A DNA stretch of 20,000 nucleotides from an uncultured virus (IMG/VR IMGVR_UViG_3300035670_000196) (Duplodnaviria; Heunggongvirae; Uroviricota; Caudoviricetes), in IMG/VR virus record IMGVR_UViG_3300035670_000196; one strand, given 5' to 3'. Positions 1 through 7,745 of this stretch are shown here, piece after piece. The position numbers were made by a program, and so were the translations under genes. The notes below the pieces were generated by a model. That model worked only from the letters and a program-made list of their open reading frames with translations, was not told the DNA's origin and searched no databases. Position 1 is the stretch's first letter. Every line of letters starts with the position of its first letter.

Positions 1-410
1 TCCTCTGCCCAACGCTTTTCCCTTGCTTTCAAGTAGCCCCAAGGCATTACGTCAACTTCTTTGATGTCTTGGATTTTTGGCCAGCTTGTAAGGTCTGCTC
101 GGATCTCGGCCCAAGCCTGTTTACGCGAACGAGCGGTAACTTGGCCTACGAATGCATTGCGCCATAGCCCACGACCAGCAAAGCCACGGCTAAAATCGAC
201 AATCGCATAGCGGATCGCCCTAGGTGTCGGCTTCGGTTTGCCTTTGCTGCTTTTCTTAGGCCGACCTGCCCGCTTGCGATCTTCAGGTCGAGTCCAGGTG
301 ATACTGCAACGATAGCAGCGGTATTGTTTGGTACCGCTGCTGAGGGTTTGGTTTATGCCCCCTGGGGTACCACATTGCGGGCAGGGGGGCTTGCGGGGGT
401 TGTTAGGCAT
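1..410 (-). CDS. Hypothetical protein with N-terminal InsA-like zinc ribbon (3' end runs off the window)
   Basis: Manual translation from ATG at 410: [53 protein letters not shown]..., open to position 1. It has CxxC...YRCxxC, an AT-hook-like GRPKK, and overlaps the stop of the upstream FGE gene. Confidence 0.65.
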   Translation of the reverse strand, partial: MPNNPRKPPCPQCGTPGGINQTLSSGTKQYRCYRCSITWTRPEDRKRAGRPKKSSKGKPKPTPRAIRYAIVDFSRGFAGRGLWRNAFVGQVTARSRKQAWAEIRADLTSWPKIQDIKEVDVMPWGYLKAREKRWAE

Positions 411-1077
411 TGCATACAACCCGAAAGCCTGTAGCAGAGTTACCTTCGCAACTGTAGCTACGATATGCAGATCTACAAAATTCCTTGGGCGAACTCCACG
501 ATCCGCCTCGCACCACCCGCATAAATGACATTCCTTTGGCAAGCCACGCACTGCCGTCATTAGGGGCACCGTCATAAGTGTCATGCCAATGATCTTGACA
601 CCATTCGCAATAGTTGGTGTGCATACCGTAAAGCCCAAAGGCATTTACCCGAAAATCGCCGTCAGTCACGGAGATGGTATTCCCCGTATGAAATGGGGTA
701 GTCGTGCCTGACCGACAAGCATATTCCCACTCCGCCTCGGTGGGCAGCCGATAATTACGCCCAGTTGCTTTAGATAGTTGAGCGCAAAACTCGACCGCAT
801 CGAACCAAGAGACTTGTTCGACCGGGCGGTCGTCACCCTCAACGTAAGACGGGTTTGGATTTAAGTCGATTTGATTTTTAGGCAAAGTGGCGACGATTCG
901 CCATTGCTCTTGGGTCACAGGGTATTTCCCCATTAAAAATGGGGGTACCGTTACTTTGTGTTGTGGCCCTTCGTCGGGGAACCGCCCCGGCTCAGATTCG
1001 GGGGAACCCATAAGGAATGTGCCGCCAGGGATGGCGGCCAGTTCGATTAGATCAAGCGGATGTACTAAAGGTGTCAT
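403..1077 (-). CDS. Formylglycine-generating enzyme (FGE-sulfatase/SUMF1, CLec fold) family protein
   Basis: Motifs [62 protein letters not shown]...GFRVV. Confidence 0.95.
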   Translation of the reverse strand: MTPLVHPLDLIELAAIPGGTFLMGSPESEPGRFPDEGPQHKVTVPPFLMGKYPVTQEQWRIVATLPKNQIDLNPNPSYVEGDDRPVEQVSWFDAVEFCAQLSKATGRNYRLPTEAEWEYACRSGTTTPFHTGNTISVTDGDFRVNAFGLYGMHTNYCEWCQDHWHDTYDGAPNDGSAWLAKGMSFMRVVRGGSWSSPKEFCRSAYRSYSCEGNSATGFRVVCNA

Positions 1078-1215
1078 TTTGTTACCTGCAGATGCTTTTC
1101 TAATGTGAGTTTGACACTAGGACGCTAAATCATGGACAGCTCCATCGTCTTTACTGCTTATTTTTCAAAAAAAAACCGGCAGTTGTTAGAGCGGATGCCA
1201 GCCGCTTTTGATGCG

Positions 1216-1593
1216 CTATACCCCGTGCTTTTCTGCATCCTCGCGACTCTGATGTTCGGCAAGAATTTCTTCCAACCGCCCCGATTCATTCCATGATTCA
1301 AAGACGCGCATGGCGTCGTGAATCATGGACTCCTTGATGTCGTCGTCGCCCAGAACCACGTCAGGTGCGGTAGGTGCCACCGCCTTGACATATTCTTTGA
1401 CTGATTCGATGACCACTGCATCTGCCAAGATACGTGGCTCGTTCGGGGCCAAATCAAACTCAGCTTCAATCCACTGAGCAAAAGCATCAACAACCTGATC
1501 CTGTAAGCGGTACCGCGCTTTTACCTGCGGTTTTTGCCTGACAGCCTTCTGTTTAGGCGTGAAAACGGAACCGCGCTTCTTGATAGTCTTCAT
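1216..1593 (-). CDS. Hypothetical protein
   Basis: 125-aa ORF with a GAGAGAAAG RBS-like sequence and repeated promoter copy A directly upstream. Confidence 0.75.
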   Translation of the reverse strand: MKTIKKRGSVFTPKQKAVRQKPQVKARYRLQDQVVDAFAQWIEAEFDLAPNEPRILADAVVIESVKEYVKAVAPTAPDVVLGDDDIKESMIHDAMRVFESWNESGRLEEILAEHQSREDAEKHGV

Positions 1594-1600
1594 TTACTTT

Positions 1601-1690
1601 CTCTCAATCAACTACATTCCCAATATCCCACACTATTTCTATCTTGTGTGGGCAAATGTGCCACTTTCTACAAAATCACGAATTGGCACA
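1601..1690 (-). promoter_or_regulatory. Repeated promoter/operator motif, copy A
   Basis: Minus strand reads GTGGCACA...CCCACAC...GTGTGGGATATT..AATGTAG..GAGAG upstream of the ATG at 1593, with the same 34-nt offset as the other copies. Confidence 0.7.
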
Positions 1691-1726
1691 ACGACGATCG
1701 CGCTACCCTAGAAGAAAAAGCGAGCC

Positions 1727-1915
1727 ATGACGAATCCACCGCCACCACCGCCCCAGCAGTCGCCACAGTCGCAACGCCCTCGCGTTGTGGAGGTGTTGTT
1801 GGCGCATATTCAAAAGATAGAACGGCGACTTGATGGGCTGCACGATCGCATGATTGAGATGAGCGTTGACGCGGCAAAGCATAGGGAGGCGTCTGGTCAC
1901 TTAATAGCAAAATAA
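1727..1915 (+). CDS. Small hypothetical protein (Pro-rich N-terminus, short coiled coil)
   Basis: 62-aa ORF MTNPPPPPPQQ...LLAHIQKIERRLDGLHDRMIEM, divergent from 1216..1593. Confidence 0.5.
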   Translation: MTNPPPPPPQQSPQSQRPRVVEVLLAHIQKIERRLDGLHDRMIEMSVDAAKHREASGHLIAK

Positions 1916-1952
1916 CGGTATAATTCGGGGCGAATAGTAATTTGCCAGAATT

Positions 1953-2597
1953 ATGTATATCACCCCGAAGGAAGCACAAAAAAAATACGGGTATCACCCC
2001 AAGACTTTAGCCAATTGGGCGGACGACGGGAAAATACAGTTCACTAAATCACCTGGCGGACACAGGCGCTATGCGGTGGCTAGCTTAGAAGCCGTAGCAA
2101 GCGATCCAACAAAAGAGATTATCTGCTATGTCAGAGTTTCAACTAGATCCCAGAAAGACGATTTGCAAAATCAGCTTGATTATGTCAGTAGCCACTACCC
2201 ACAGGCTGAGTGTATTACCGACTACGGCAGCGGACTTAATTTTAAGCGTAAACGATTCCTGAAGCTAATGGAACGAGTTTCAAGGCGGGAAGTCGCGACG
2301 ATAGTCGTTGCTCACAAAGATCGCCTTTGCCGCTTCGGCTTCGATTTTGTCGAATGGTTCTGTCAATTGAACGGTTGTCAAATAAAGGTTCTGAACAATA
2401 CCTACAAGCCACCGCATCAAGAGCTTATGGAAGATTTCATGGCGATAATGCACTGCTTTAGCAGCAAGCTGTATTTTTTGAGGCGATATGAAAAAGAAAT
2501 TCGGAATGAATCGGAAAAAGCGGAACAATGTGATATAATATGTCTATCCACTGAAGAAGGTCGAACTGATGGGGCTCAAGCGGAAGAAGGGATTTAA
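1953..2597 (+). CDS. tnpA: IS607-family transposase (MerR-type HTH + serine recombinase)
   Basis: N-terminal TPKEAQKKYGYHPKTLANWADDGKI...TKSPGGHRRY, catalytic YVRVST, then GSGLNFKRK, AHKDRLCRFGF and ELMEDFMAIMHCFS. TATAAT at 1919-1924 upstream. Confidence 0.95.
   Translation: MYITPKEAQKKYGYHPKTLANWADDGKIQFTKSPGGHRRYAVASLEAVASDPTKEIICYVRVSTRSQKDDLQNQLDYVSSHYPQAECITDYGSGLNFKRKRFLKLMERVSRREVATIVVAHKDRLCRFGFDFVEWFCQLNGCQIKVLNNTYKPPHQELMEDFMAIMHCFSSKLYFLRRYEKEIRNESEKAEQCDIICLSTEEGRTDGAQAEEGI
2531..2539 (+). promoter_or_regulatory. Putative extended -10 promoter for tnpB, internal to tnpA
   Basis: TGATATAAT, a perfect TGnTATAAT, about 30 nt upstream of the tnpB ATG. Confidence 0.5.
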
Positions 2598-3876
2598 TAT
2601 AGCGACTAAGTCCGTGAAGGCTAAATTGGTTCGGGAGGGCTTTGACCTGACTGAGACGAAAAGAGCTTTCAATGAAGTCGTTGAATTCTATTTTCTGCTT
2701 GTCTCAACCCGCCCAGAAGGGATAGATATTCCCGTCTCTGATGATGGCGGATGGCGGTTTTACGAGATCCTGACGCAGGATAATGGTGAATTTCCTTTGC
2801 CATTTGCGGGTTTTCCGTCGTCCCTAAAGCGAGCTGCTATACGTCGTGCAATCGGCGCTTATAGCGCTTGGGATACGGCTTACCAGAAGTGGATAAATCG
2901 CCCTGAGAAGTACAAACATCATCGTCCCCCTGTTCAACCAAGAACGTTTTCCTTTTCCCCTCAGATGGATAAAGGAATGTGGAAAGACGATGACGGAGAA
3001 TCTATCGTACTAAAAATATTGATGGGTTCCCAATGGAAGTGGATTAAATTCCGATACCATTCTCGGGAGATTGGCGACGATTGGGTAAAAGGATCTCCTA
3101 GCCTCATCGTCAAGGGTAATAACGTTAGCATCGTTTTCCCTTTAGAGCGGTATGTCCCTGCTACTGGCGGATTGAAAACCGTTCTCAAAAAAGATATTGT
3201 TCGAGTCGCGTCAGTGGACGTTGACTTGGACGATCATCTTGCTATTGTTTCGATTCTAGAAAGCAAAGCTAGCGGAGAAGTGAGAGAACTGGCACGTCAC
3301 TTTATCTCCACACCTCTGGTAAAGCTTAGGAAGCGCGATTTAGGTCGAGTTGCAATTAAGATGTCACAGACAAAAATCGTTTGTGAAGGCTTTGCTTCTA
3401 ACCTATGGACTAAACTTCATAACCGTGAAGTTGAAATGGGTAGAGCAGCCGCTAGGCAAGTTGTAGATTTATCCGTTGGGTATGGTTGCGAAGTCATCGC
3501 CTTTGAGCACTTGACGAACCTTAAACCAGCCAAAGGTAAATATTCAAAGCGTTCAAACAAAAAACGAGCTTATTGGCTTAAGTCTCGTCTTTTTAGCGAA
3601 ACCAATAGAGTCGCCTACAACGAGTTTGGCATCTTGACAACCCGTGTTTCTCCACGAAATACGTCTCGACTAGACCCTTGGGGTAACGCGGTAAACCGTG
3701 GCTCCACACCTACGGCAGAAGGCTATCATGCTGGTGCTGATTGGGTGAACGGGCCACGCGGTTACAAGGCCCATTCTGGGATCAACGCAGCGAGAAATAT
3801 TGGGTTGAAAGCGATAGCAAGACACAGCACTAACCCGCCGACGCTTTACTTAGGTAAAGAAAAACCAGTCGGATAA
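2569..3876 (+). CDS. tnpB: TnpB-like RNA-guided RuvC protein with atypical active site
   Basis: Follows IS607 tnpA. RuvC-I VASVDVD (D217), RuvC-II VIAFEHL (E313), VSPRNTSR, and RuvC-III HSGINAARNIG with G404 where D is normally found. No CxxC zinc finger. Confidence 0.85.
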   Translation: MGLKRKKGFNIATKSVKAKLVREGFDLTETKRAFNEVVEFYFLLVSTRPEGIDIPVSDDGGWRFYEILTQDNGEFPLPFAGFPSSLKRAAIRRAIGAYSAWDTAYQKWINRPEKYKHHRPPVQPRTFSFSPQMDKGMWKDDDGESIVLKILMGSQWKWIKFRYHSREIGDDWVKGSPSLIVKGNNVSIVFPLERYVPATGGLKTVLKKDIVRVASVDVDLDDHLAIVSILESKASGEVRELARHFISTPLVKLRKRDLGRVAIKMSQTKIVCEGFASNLWTKLHNREVEMGRAAARQVVDLSVGYGCEVIAFEHLTNLKPAKGKYSKRSNKKRAYWLKSRLFSETNRVAYNEFGILTTRVSPRNTSRLDPWGNAVNRGSTPTAEGYHAGADWVNGPRGYKAHSGINAARNIGLKAIARHSTNPPTLYLGKEKPVG

Positions 3877-4157
3877 AAGCGGGGAAAGCCTTTAGCAGTA
3901 ATGCTTTGGGTCTGGGTATTGGCTAGTAAAACGTTCCCAGGCGTTATCAATATCCTAGCAGGCTTGGGGAAACTGCCTAACCCTTTCCTACCATTTACGG
4001 ATCTAGCGGTAGAGCCTACGGCTCAATAGCTGCTTTATCTCGCTTACAGAGGAGAGGAGAAAGTGAACCGTTTTCGGAAAGGTCGCGTTTTATTCCGACT
4101 CATTACGTTTTACGGGTTCCTCGTAATGACCGCTCAGCTATCCCACACTATTCACAA
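3877..4157 (+). ncRNA. Putative TnpB omegaRNA (scaffold to ~4137 plus 3' guide)
   Basis: Noncoding region just 3' of tnpB with several hairpins (GCA-GTAA-TGC, GAGCC-TAC-GGCTC, TCATTACG 4100-4107 / CGTAATGA 4122-4129) and a possible long-range pair AGCGGT 4005-4010 / ACCGCT 4129-4134. Confidence 0.6.
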
Positions 4158-4196
4158 TACATTCAGTCGGCTGTGACACTTATTTTTATTGGCACA
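4138..4196 (-). promoter_or_regulatory. Repeated promoter/operator motif, copy B (truncated at the -10 element)
   Basis: TGTGACACTTATTTTTATTGGCACA at 4172-4196 is identical to 5242-5266. CTATCCCACAC at 4138-4148 is at the same offset. The downstream part of the motif is absent. Confidence 0.75.
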
Positions 4197-4210
4197 CTGC
4201 CCAAAATCAG

Positions 4211-4319
4211 GGTTTTCACAAGTTTTCACACAGCTCAAAAAGTTTTCACATCGCGAACGCTATATATACCAATACTTTTAAGCCCTGCGTGTGAAAACTT
4301 TTGAAAACTTGTGAAAACT
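4211..4319. repeat. Inverted array of 10-bp repeats (AGTTTTCACA x3, facing TGTGAAAACT x3)
   Basis: Units at 4211, 4221 and 4241, with inverted units at 4290, 4300 and 4310, around an AT-rich core. Confidence 0.85.
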
Positions 4320-4602
4320 CCTAAAAGTTCTTGTGTTTTGCGCGGTGTGTGTGCTACGGCTAAGTGTGTACTGAGTTATAGGGATACAGTGTGGCGAACA
4401 ATCGACAGCAATTTACTCTGTCTGTCTCCAATGAGCTGATGATAATTTTAGAAAGTGTGAGTGAGTCTGCTGGCATTAGCAAGGCTGAGGTTGCCCGCTG
4501 GGTTTTGCTGCAGGGATTGCTGGAGCTGCGAAAGGATTTGAAGGCAAAATAAAATTCCCCTGGGGTTAGGGGCGTTAAAAGCGACTGTTTTTTTTAAATC
4601 AA

Positions 4603-4668
4603 TCAAACAAAAAGCAATCTTAGTTGATTGCCGATCCATTCGGTGTACGCAGGCGGAATGGCTTGGGC
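4603..4668 (-). pseudogene. Remnant of the 3' end of a cytosine methyltransferase paralog
   Basis: Encodes AQAIPPAYTEWIGNQLR. 4629-4668 is 37/40 identical (reverse complement) to 11323-11362 in the intact MTase. Confidence 0.75.
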
Positions 4669-4738
4669 AAGACGGCCCAAAGAATGCCAGCCATATTTTC
4701 TGCTCCAAACAAAAACTACAAAAACTGAACCGAACCAA

Positions 4739-4752
4739 GGGGCCGAAGCCCC
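4739..4752 (-). terminator. Putative terminator hairpin
   Basis: GGGGC-TTCG-GCCCC just after the stop of 4764..5180, followed by T-rich sequence. Confidence 0.5.
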
Positions 4753-4763
4753 CGGCGCAATAA

Positions 4764-5180
4764 CTAACCAACCTGAAGCGCAATTGCGACTACCCGATCG
4801 CAACCACTCAACGCCATTCGCGCAATCCGCTTACGGTTACGCCATCCCATGCGGCACAGCTTTGCAGCCTCAACACCGCGAGCCTTGTACCACTGTACCG
4901 CTACCTTGCCGTCCGTCGCCGCGTAAGCGATGAACACAGCCGATACTTGTGCCGCAACCGGCTGCAGCCGCCGATAGGCGACGATGCAAAACCCGACAAA
5001 CAAACAAAGAACGTGAATCATATCGAATAACGCAGCAATTGCCATACCCCGACCAGTGGCATCCCACCAACGGCGAGCAGCAGCACCAGCGGCATAGCAA
5101 CGCTCGCCAGCCTCAACCCATGGGGATGCAATGACGGCAATCTCATCAACAACGGAAAGGGAAATAGAAATAGTGTTCAT
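4764..5180 (-). CDS. Hypothetical protein with a predicted membrane segment
   Basis: 138-aa ORF with hydrophobic MIHVLCLFVGFCIVAY; promoter copy C and an AAGAGA RBS upstream. Confidence 0.7.
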   Translation of the reverse strand: MNTISISLSVVDEIAVIASPWVEAGERCYAAGAAARRWWDATGRGMAIAALFDMIHVLCLFVGFCIVAYRRLQPVAAQVSAVFIAYAATDGKVAVQWYKARGVEAAKLCRMGWRNRKRIARMALSGCDRVVAIALQVG

Positions 5181-5188
5181 GGCGTTGT

Positions 5189-5266
5189 TCTCTTAACTAC
5201 CCTTTTACTATCCCACACAATTTATGCTTTGTGCGGGATGTTGTGACACTTATTTTTATTGGCACA
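5189..5266 (-). promoter_or_regulatory. Repeated promoter/operator motif, copy C
   Basis: TGTGCCAATAAAAATAAGTGTCACA...TTGTGTGGGATAGTAAAAGGGTAGTTAAGAGA upstream of the ATG at 5180. Confidence 0.8.
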
Positions 5267-5271
5267 TTTGC

Positions 5272-5311
5272 AAAAAAAACGATCCCAGGGATAGTTACTG
5301 GGATCTTTTTT
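5272..5311. terminator. Bidirectional intrinsic terminator
   Basis: A-tract, GATCCCAG-loop-CTGGGATC, T-tract; lies downstream of the leftward gene cluster. Confidence 0.7.
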
Positions 5312-5404
5312 GAGAGGGTGAGACAAGCGTGGGGAGTCCATGTATCCCGACGCTCACCTTTCAGGTAGAGCGCGGGACTTATAGCTCCCCGAACCCATCA
5401 TTAG

Positions 5405-5785
5405 TTAAAACCGCTCCAACCACGCGTCTAGCTCGTGCCAGTCGCCAGGGCTTCTGATTAGCCAAGGCAGGTTGGCAATTGCTTGCGGTCGCTTGCTGCT
5501 CTCTTTTAACTCGTCTGAATTTAGCGTAGTCATTACGGCGGTTAGCGCCGCAAGTTGCGCTACAGCATCATGAGCCGTGACTTTTGCTTTTAGTCGCGAT
5601 TTAGTGCGATGCACACGGGTTTTGCTTTTCACCCTGGGATGCTGCTCCCAGGGAGCTAGGGTAACGGTCATTGTACTAAAGCTAATCTGCGGATCAAAAA
5701 TATTGATCGGCAGTAAAGCATACAGGCTCCAATGGCCAACGGGATGCTGCTGTTTTTGCAGCTCTTGAAACGTTGGGATGATCAT
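5405..5785 (-). CDS. Hypothetical protein
   Basis: 126-aa ORF with an ATGA overlap to the upstream gene. Confidence 0.7.
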   Translation of the reverse strand: MIIPTFQELQKQQHPVGHWSLYALLPINIFDPQISFSTMTVTLAPWEQHPRVKSKTRVHRTKSRLKAKVTAHDAVAQLAALTAVMTTLNSDELKESSKRPQAIANLPWLIRSPGDWHELDAWLERF

Positions 5786-6171
5786 AACCGTACCTTGGTT
5801 GTATCAACCAAGCCTCTAAACCCCTTAGGCAGTCGAATCGCCGTCCCCCCTTTATGAGGGACAATGACGACTCGCTTTTCGGTCGATCTCCACTCTGGAC
5901 CAAGGGCTTTGTGTTTTTCCCTGAATTGCTTCATCCATTTGACAGCACGTTTCGGCGGCTCGTGCCAACTGACCGAACCTTTTTCGTCGATCGCAATGTG
6001 GCCAATTAGTGAGCACGTAGCCAGACGAAACACAGGAGTTCCTGTGTAAATTCGCACTGTCTGTGTTTGTGAACCAGTAGCGAACTGATACCCGTCAACT
6101 AGGGTCACTTGCCATCGTGACCCTACCGAAACTCTGAAACGAATCAACCGTTCTGCTGCTATCTTTGCCAT
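5782..6171 (-). CDS. Hypothetical protein
   Basis: 129-aa ORF with an AGGGAG RBS; shares a QVxLxxGYQFAxGSxTxTV motif with the adjacent small ORF. Confidence 0.75.
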   Translation of the reverse strand: MAKIAAERLIRFRVSVGSRWQVTLVDGYQFATGSQTQTVRIYTGTPVFRLATCSLIGHIAIDEKGSVSWHEPPKRAVKWMKQFREKHKALGPEWRSTEKRVVIVPHKGGTAIRLPKGFRGLVDTTKVRL

Positions 6172-6184
6172 GTTTTTTTGCTCC

Positions 6185-6364
6185 CTAAACTAACTTATTT
6201 TGACCGGAATTATCGATATACAATTGGGCCACTTGCACGTTATTTTTATACACTGCAAAGACTTCGGAAACTATTACAGTTCTTGTCTTGCTACCATTAG
6301 CAAACTGATATCCTGAATCTAAGTTCACCTGATAGCCTTGTTTTGTTTTTCTTACATTAAGCAT
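6185..6364 (-). CDS. Small hypothetical protein, paralog of 5782..6171
   Basis: Manual translation (59 aa): MLNVRKTKQGYQVNLDSGYQFANGSKTRTVIVSEVFAVYKNNVQVAQLYIDNSGQNKLV. Confidence 0.7.
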   Translation of the reverse strand: MLNVRKTKQGYQVNLDSGYQFANGSKTRTVIVSEVFAVYKNNVQVAQLYIDNSGQNKLV

Positions 6365-6550
6365 CGTCTTCTTCCTCTACGGATGTGATTGTAAATTGAG
6401 CGTGAAAATATGACACTTGCATTTTTAGATATGCACGCATCAACTCCTTGCGTCGGAGATCCGCATCATGTCGCGACGGGTAGCGTTCAACCCGTCGCTT
6501 GTAGCCATCGAGCGGATCCCCGTATGTAAGCAATACGGGAATAGCATGTG

Positions 6551-6664
6551 TTACTGTCCCTTTTTCTTTTTCAATGTCTCTTGACGCTTAATCTCAGCAT
6601 CTTTACGTTGTTGCTTGTTTTTTGCAATAGACTCTTGTAGTTTTTGCCGTGGATCGTATGCCAT
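6551..6664 (-). CDS. Small basic coiled-coil protein
   Basis: MAYDPRQKLQESIAKNKQQRKDAEIKRQETLKKKKGQ (37 aa) with a strong AAGGAGG RBS. Confidence 0.65.
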   Translation of the reverse strand: MAYDPRQKLQESIAKNKQQRKDAEIKRQETLKKKKGQ

Positions 6665-6665
6665 G

Positions 6666-6833
6666 CTATTTCCCTCCTTTTACGAGCAAATGCCCGCTGT
6701 TATTTAATGCTTGAAACTGAGACCATACGTAAAACTCTACGCCTGCTGGCGGATCAGACAACCCCAGCAATTCAGCGTAATCCGAAGCTTTAATGGTGCG
6801 GGTCAACACTGCCCGCTTTACAATGTTGTCCAT
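6666..6833 (-). CDS. Small hypothetical protein
   Basis: MDNIVKRAVLTRTIKASDYAELLGLSDPPAGVEFYVWSQFQALNNSGHLLVKGGK (55 aa), tightly packed between its neighbours. Confidence 0.6.
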   Translation of the reverse strand: MDNIVKRAVLTRTIKASDYAELLGLSDPPAGVEFYVWSQFQALNNSGHLLVKGGK

Positions 6834-6835
6834 AA

Positions 6836-7279
6836 CTAAAGCAACCCGTAACGCTGCTTATGTTCTTGTAGTCGCCGCCGATCAGCAACCCGCTCCATAC
6901 GCCATTCTTGCCACAACCAATCGATAGCCATGCCCATGCGCGATGTAACAAGATGCTTTTTCGTTTGGGCTAATTCAGCCCGAACGTGTAAGCCATAGGC
7001 TAATGTGCCGATGCTAATTTTGCCCATCCAAACCCGAATTAAACCGGGGGTACCGGGCAAGCAGCTGAACGACTGACCTGCTACATTAGGCGGGGTACAA
7101 GCTTTCAGTAGCTTGCAACTATCTTCACCCAAAACGCCCATCAGGACATCAAAAGACTCAGCAACTGATAGCCCTTCAATTCGGGGGCACTCAAACGGGG
7201 TTACTCGCCCCATCAGTTCGCACCACCCTACGATTGTTCGCTCTGCCCATTGAGGGTGCTGACGACGAATCCGCCACAT
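6836..7279 (-). CDS. Hypothetical protein
   Basis: Probable start at ATG 7279 (MWRIRRQ), preceded by a G-rich RBS; first gene of the leftward cluster. Confidence 0.65.
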   Translation of the reverse strand: MWRIRRQHPQWAERTIVGWCELMGRVTPFECPRIEGLSVAESFDVLMGVLGEDSCKLLKACTPPNVAGQSFSCLPGTPGLIRVWMGKISIGTLAYGLHVRAELAQTKKHLVTSRMGMAIDWLWQEWRMERVADRRRLQEHKQRYGLL

Positions 7280-7329
7280 GCCCCCCGCTTCTGCTGCAAT
7301 TAATTCCACACTGTTATCCTCTCGACTAC

Positions 7330-7347
7330 ACTTGCATTTTTGCAAGT
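7330..7347. promoter_or_regulatory. Palindromic operator ACTTGCATTTTTGCAAGT
   Basis: ACTTGCA-N4-TGCAAGT inverted repeat between divergent genes; near-copies at 7666-7683 and 12016-12033. Confidence 0.65.
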
Positions 7348-7417
7348 TACGGCGGATATTGTCAATGAGTTTTCAAAAGTTCAGTATGATACGGAAACCA
7401 TACCGTCACCAAAAACA

Positions 7418-7666
7418 ATGCCACACCCCAAAACACGTAGAAAAAGAGGATCAGATGTCTTACTAAAACGCCGACATGCAATAGGCTGGTCAGCTCAAGC
7501 GGTGTGCGAATACCTTGGTATGGTGACATCTGGGCGAACTCTCCGCTACTGGGAGAAAGGAATTACGCTTCCAAAGCTCGATCCGATTCGGCTAAAAAAA
7601 CTCCTAGATCTATATGCAATATCGCCTGAAGATTGGCTGCAGTACGATTGGCGGCTAAAAAAATAA
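7418..7666 (+). CDS. XRE/Cro-family helix-turn-helix regulator
   Basis: LLKRRHAIGWSAQAVCEYLG...GRTLRYWEKGITLPKLDP fits the HTH_3 pattern; start taken at ATG 7418 (82 aa). Confidence 0.8.
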   Translation: MPHPKTRRKRGSDVLLKRRHAIGWSAQAVCEYLGMVTSGRTLRYWEKGITLPKLDPIRLKKLLDLYAISPEDWLQYDWRLKK

Positions 7667-7697
7667 CTTGCATTTTTGCATGTGGCGGACATATAAT
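7666..7697 (+). promoter_or_regulatory. Operator overlapping a sigma70-like promoter of the replication module
   Basis: ACTTGCATTTTTGCATGT contains TTGCAT (7668-7673), 18 nt upstream of TATAAT (7692-7697). Confidence 0.6.
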
Positions 7698-7745
7698 GGT
7701 GGAGCGGCTGAAGCTGCAGAAACACTACAAAATCAAAAAGACGCC

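Larger units (their letters stand above)
1916..4137 (+). mobile_element. IS607-family element (tnpA + tnpB + omegaRNA-like right end); left end approximate
   Basis: MerR-HTH serine recombinase overlapping a TnpB gene. The right boundary is inferred where similarity to the repeated promoter begins abruptly (4138). Confidence 0.75.

Noticed and set aside
1916..4137. IStron (group I intron-IS607 hybrid)
   Set aside because: There is no room for a group I catalytic core upstream of tnpA, and I could not identify the P7 or other conserved intron elements.
4138..5266. Identical 25-bp repeats (4172, 5242) as CRISPR repeats or target-site duplications
   Set aside because: They are 1070 bp apart and belong to a five-copy promoter family found in both orientations.
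6357..6533. Possible additional small ORF (LLTYGDPLDGYKRRVERYP...) on the minus strand
   Set aside because: It fills the gap in the cluster and may be real, but the start codon (TTG?) and RBS are unclear, so it is not listed as a feature.
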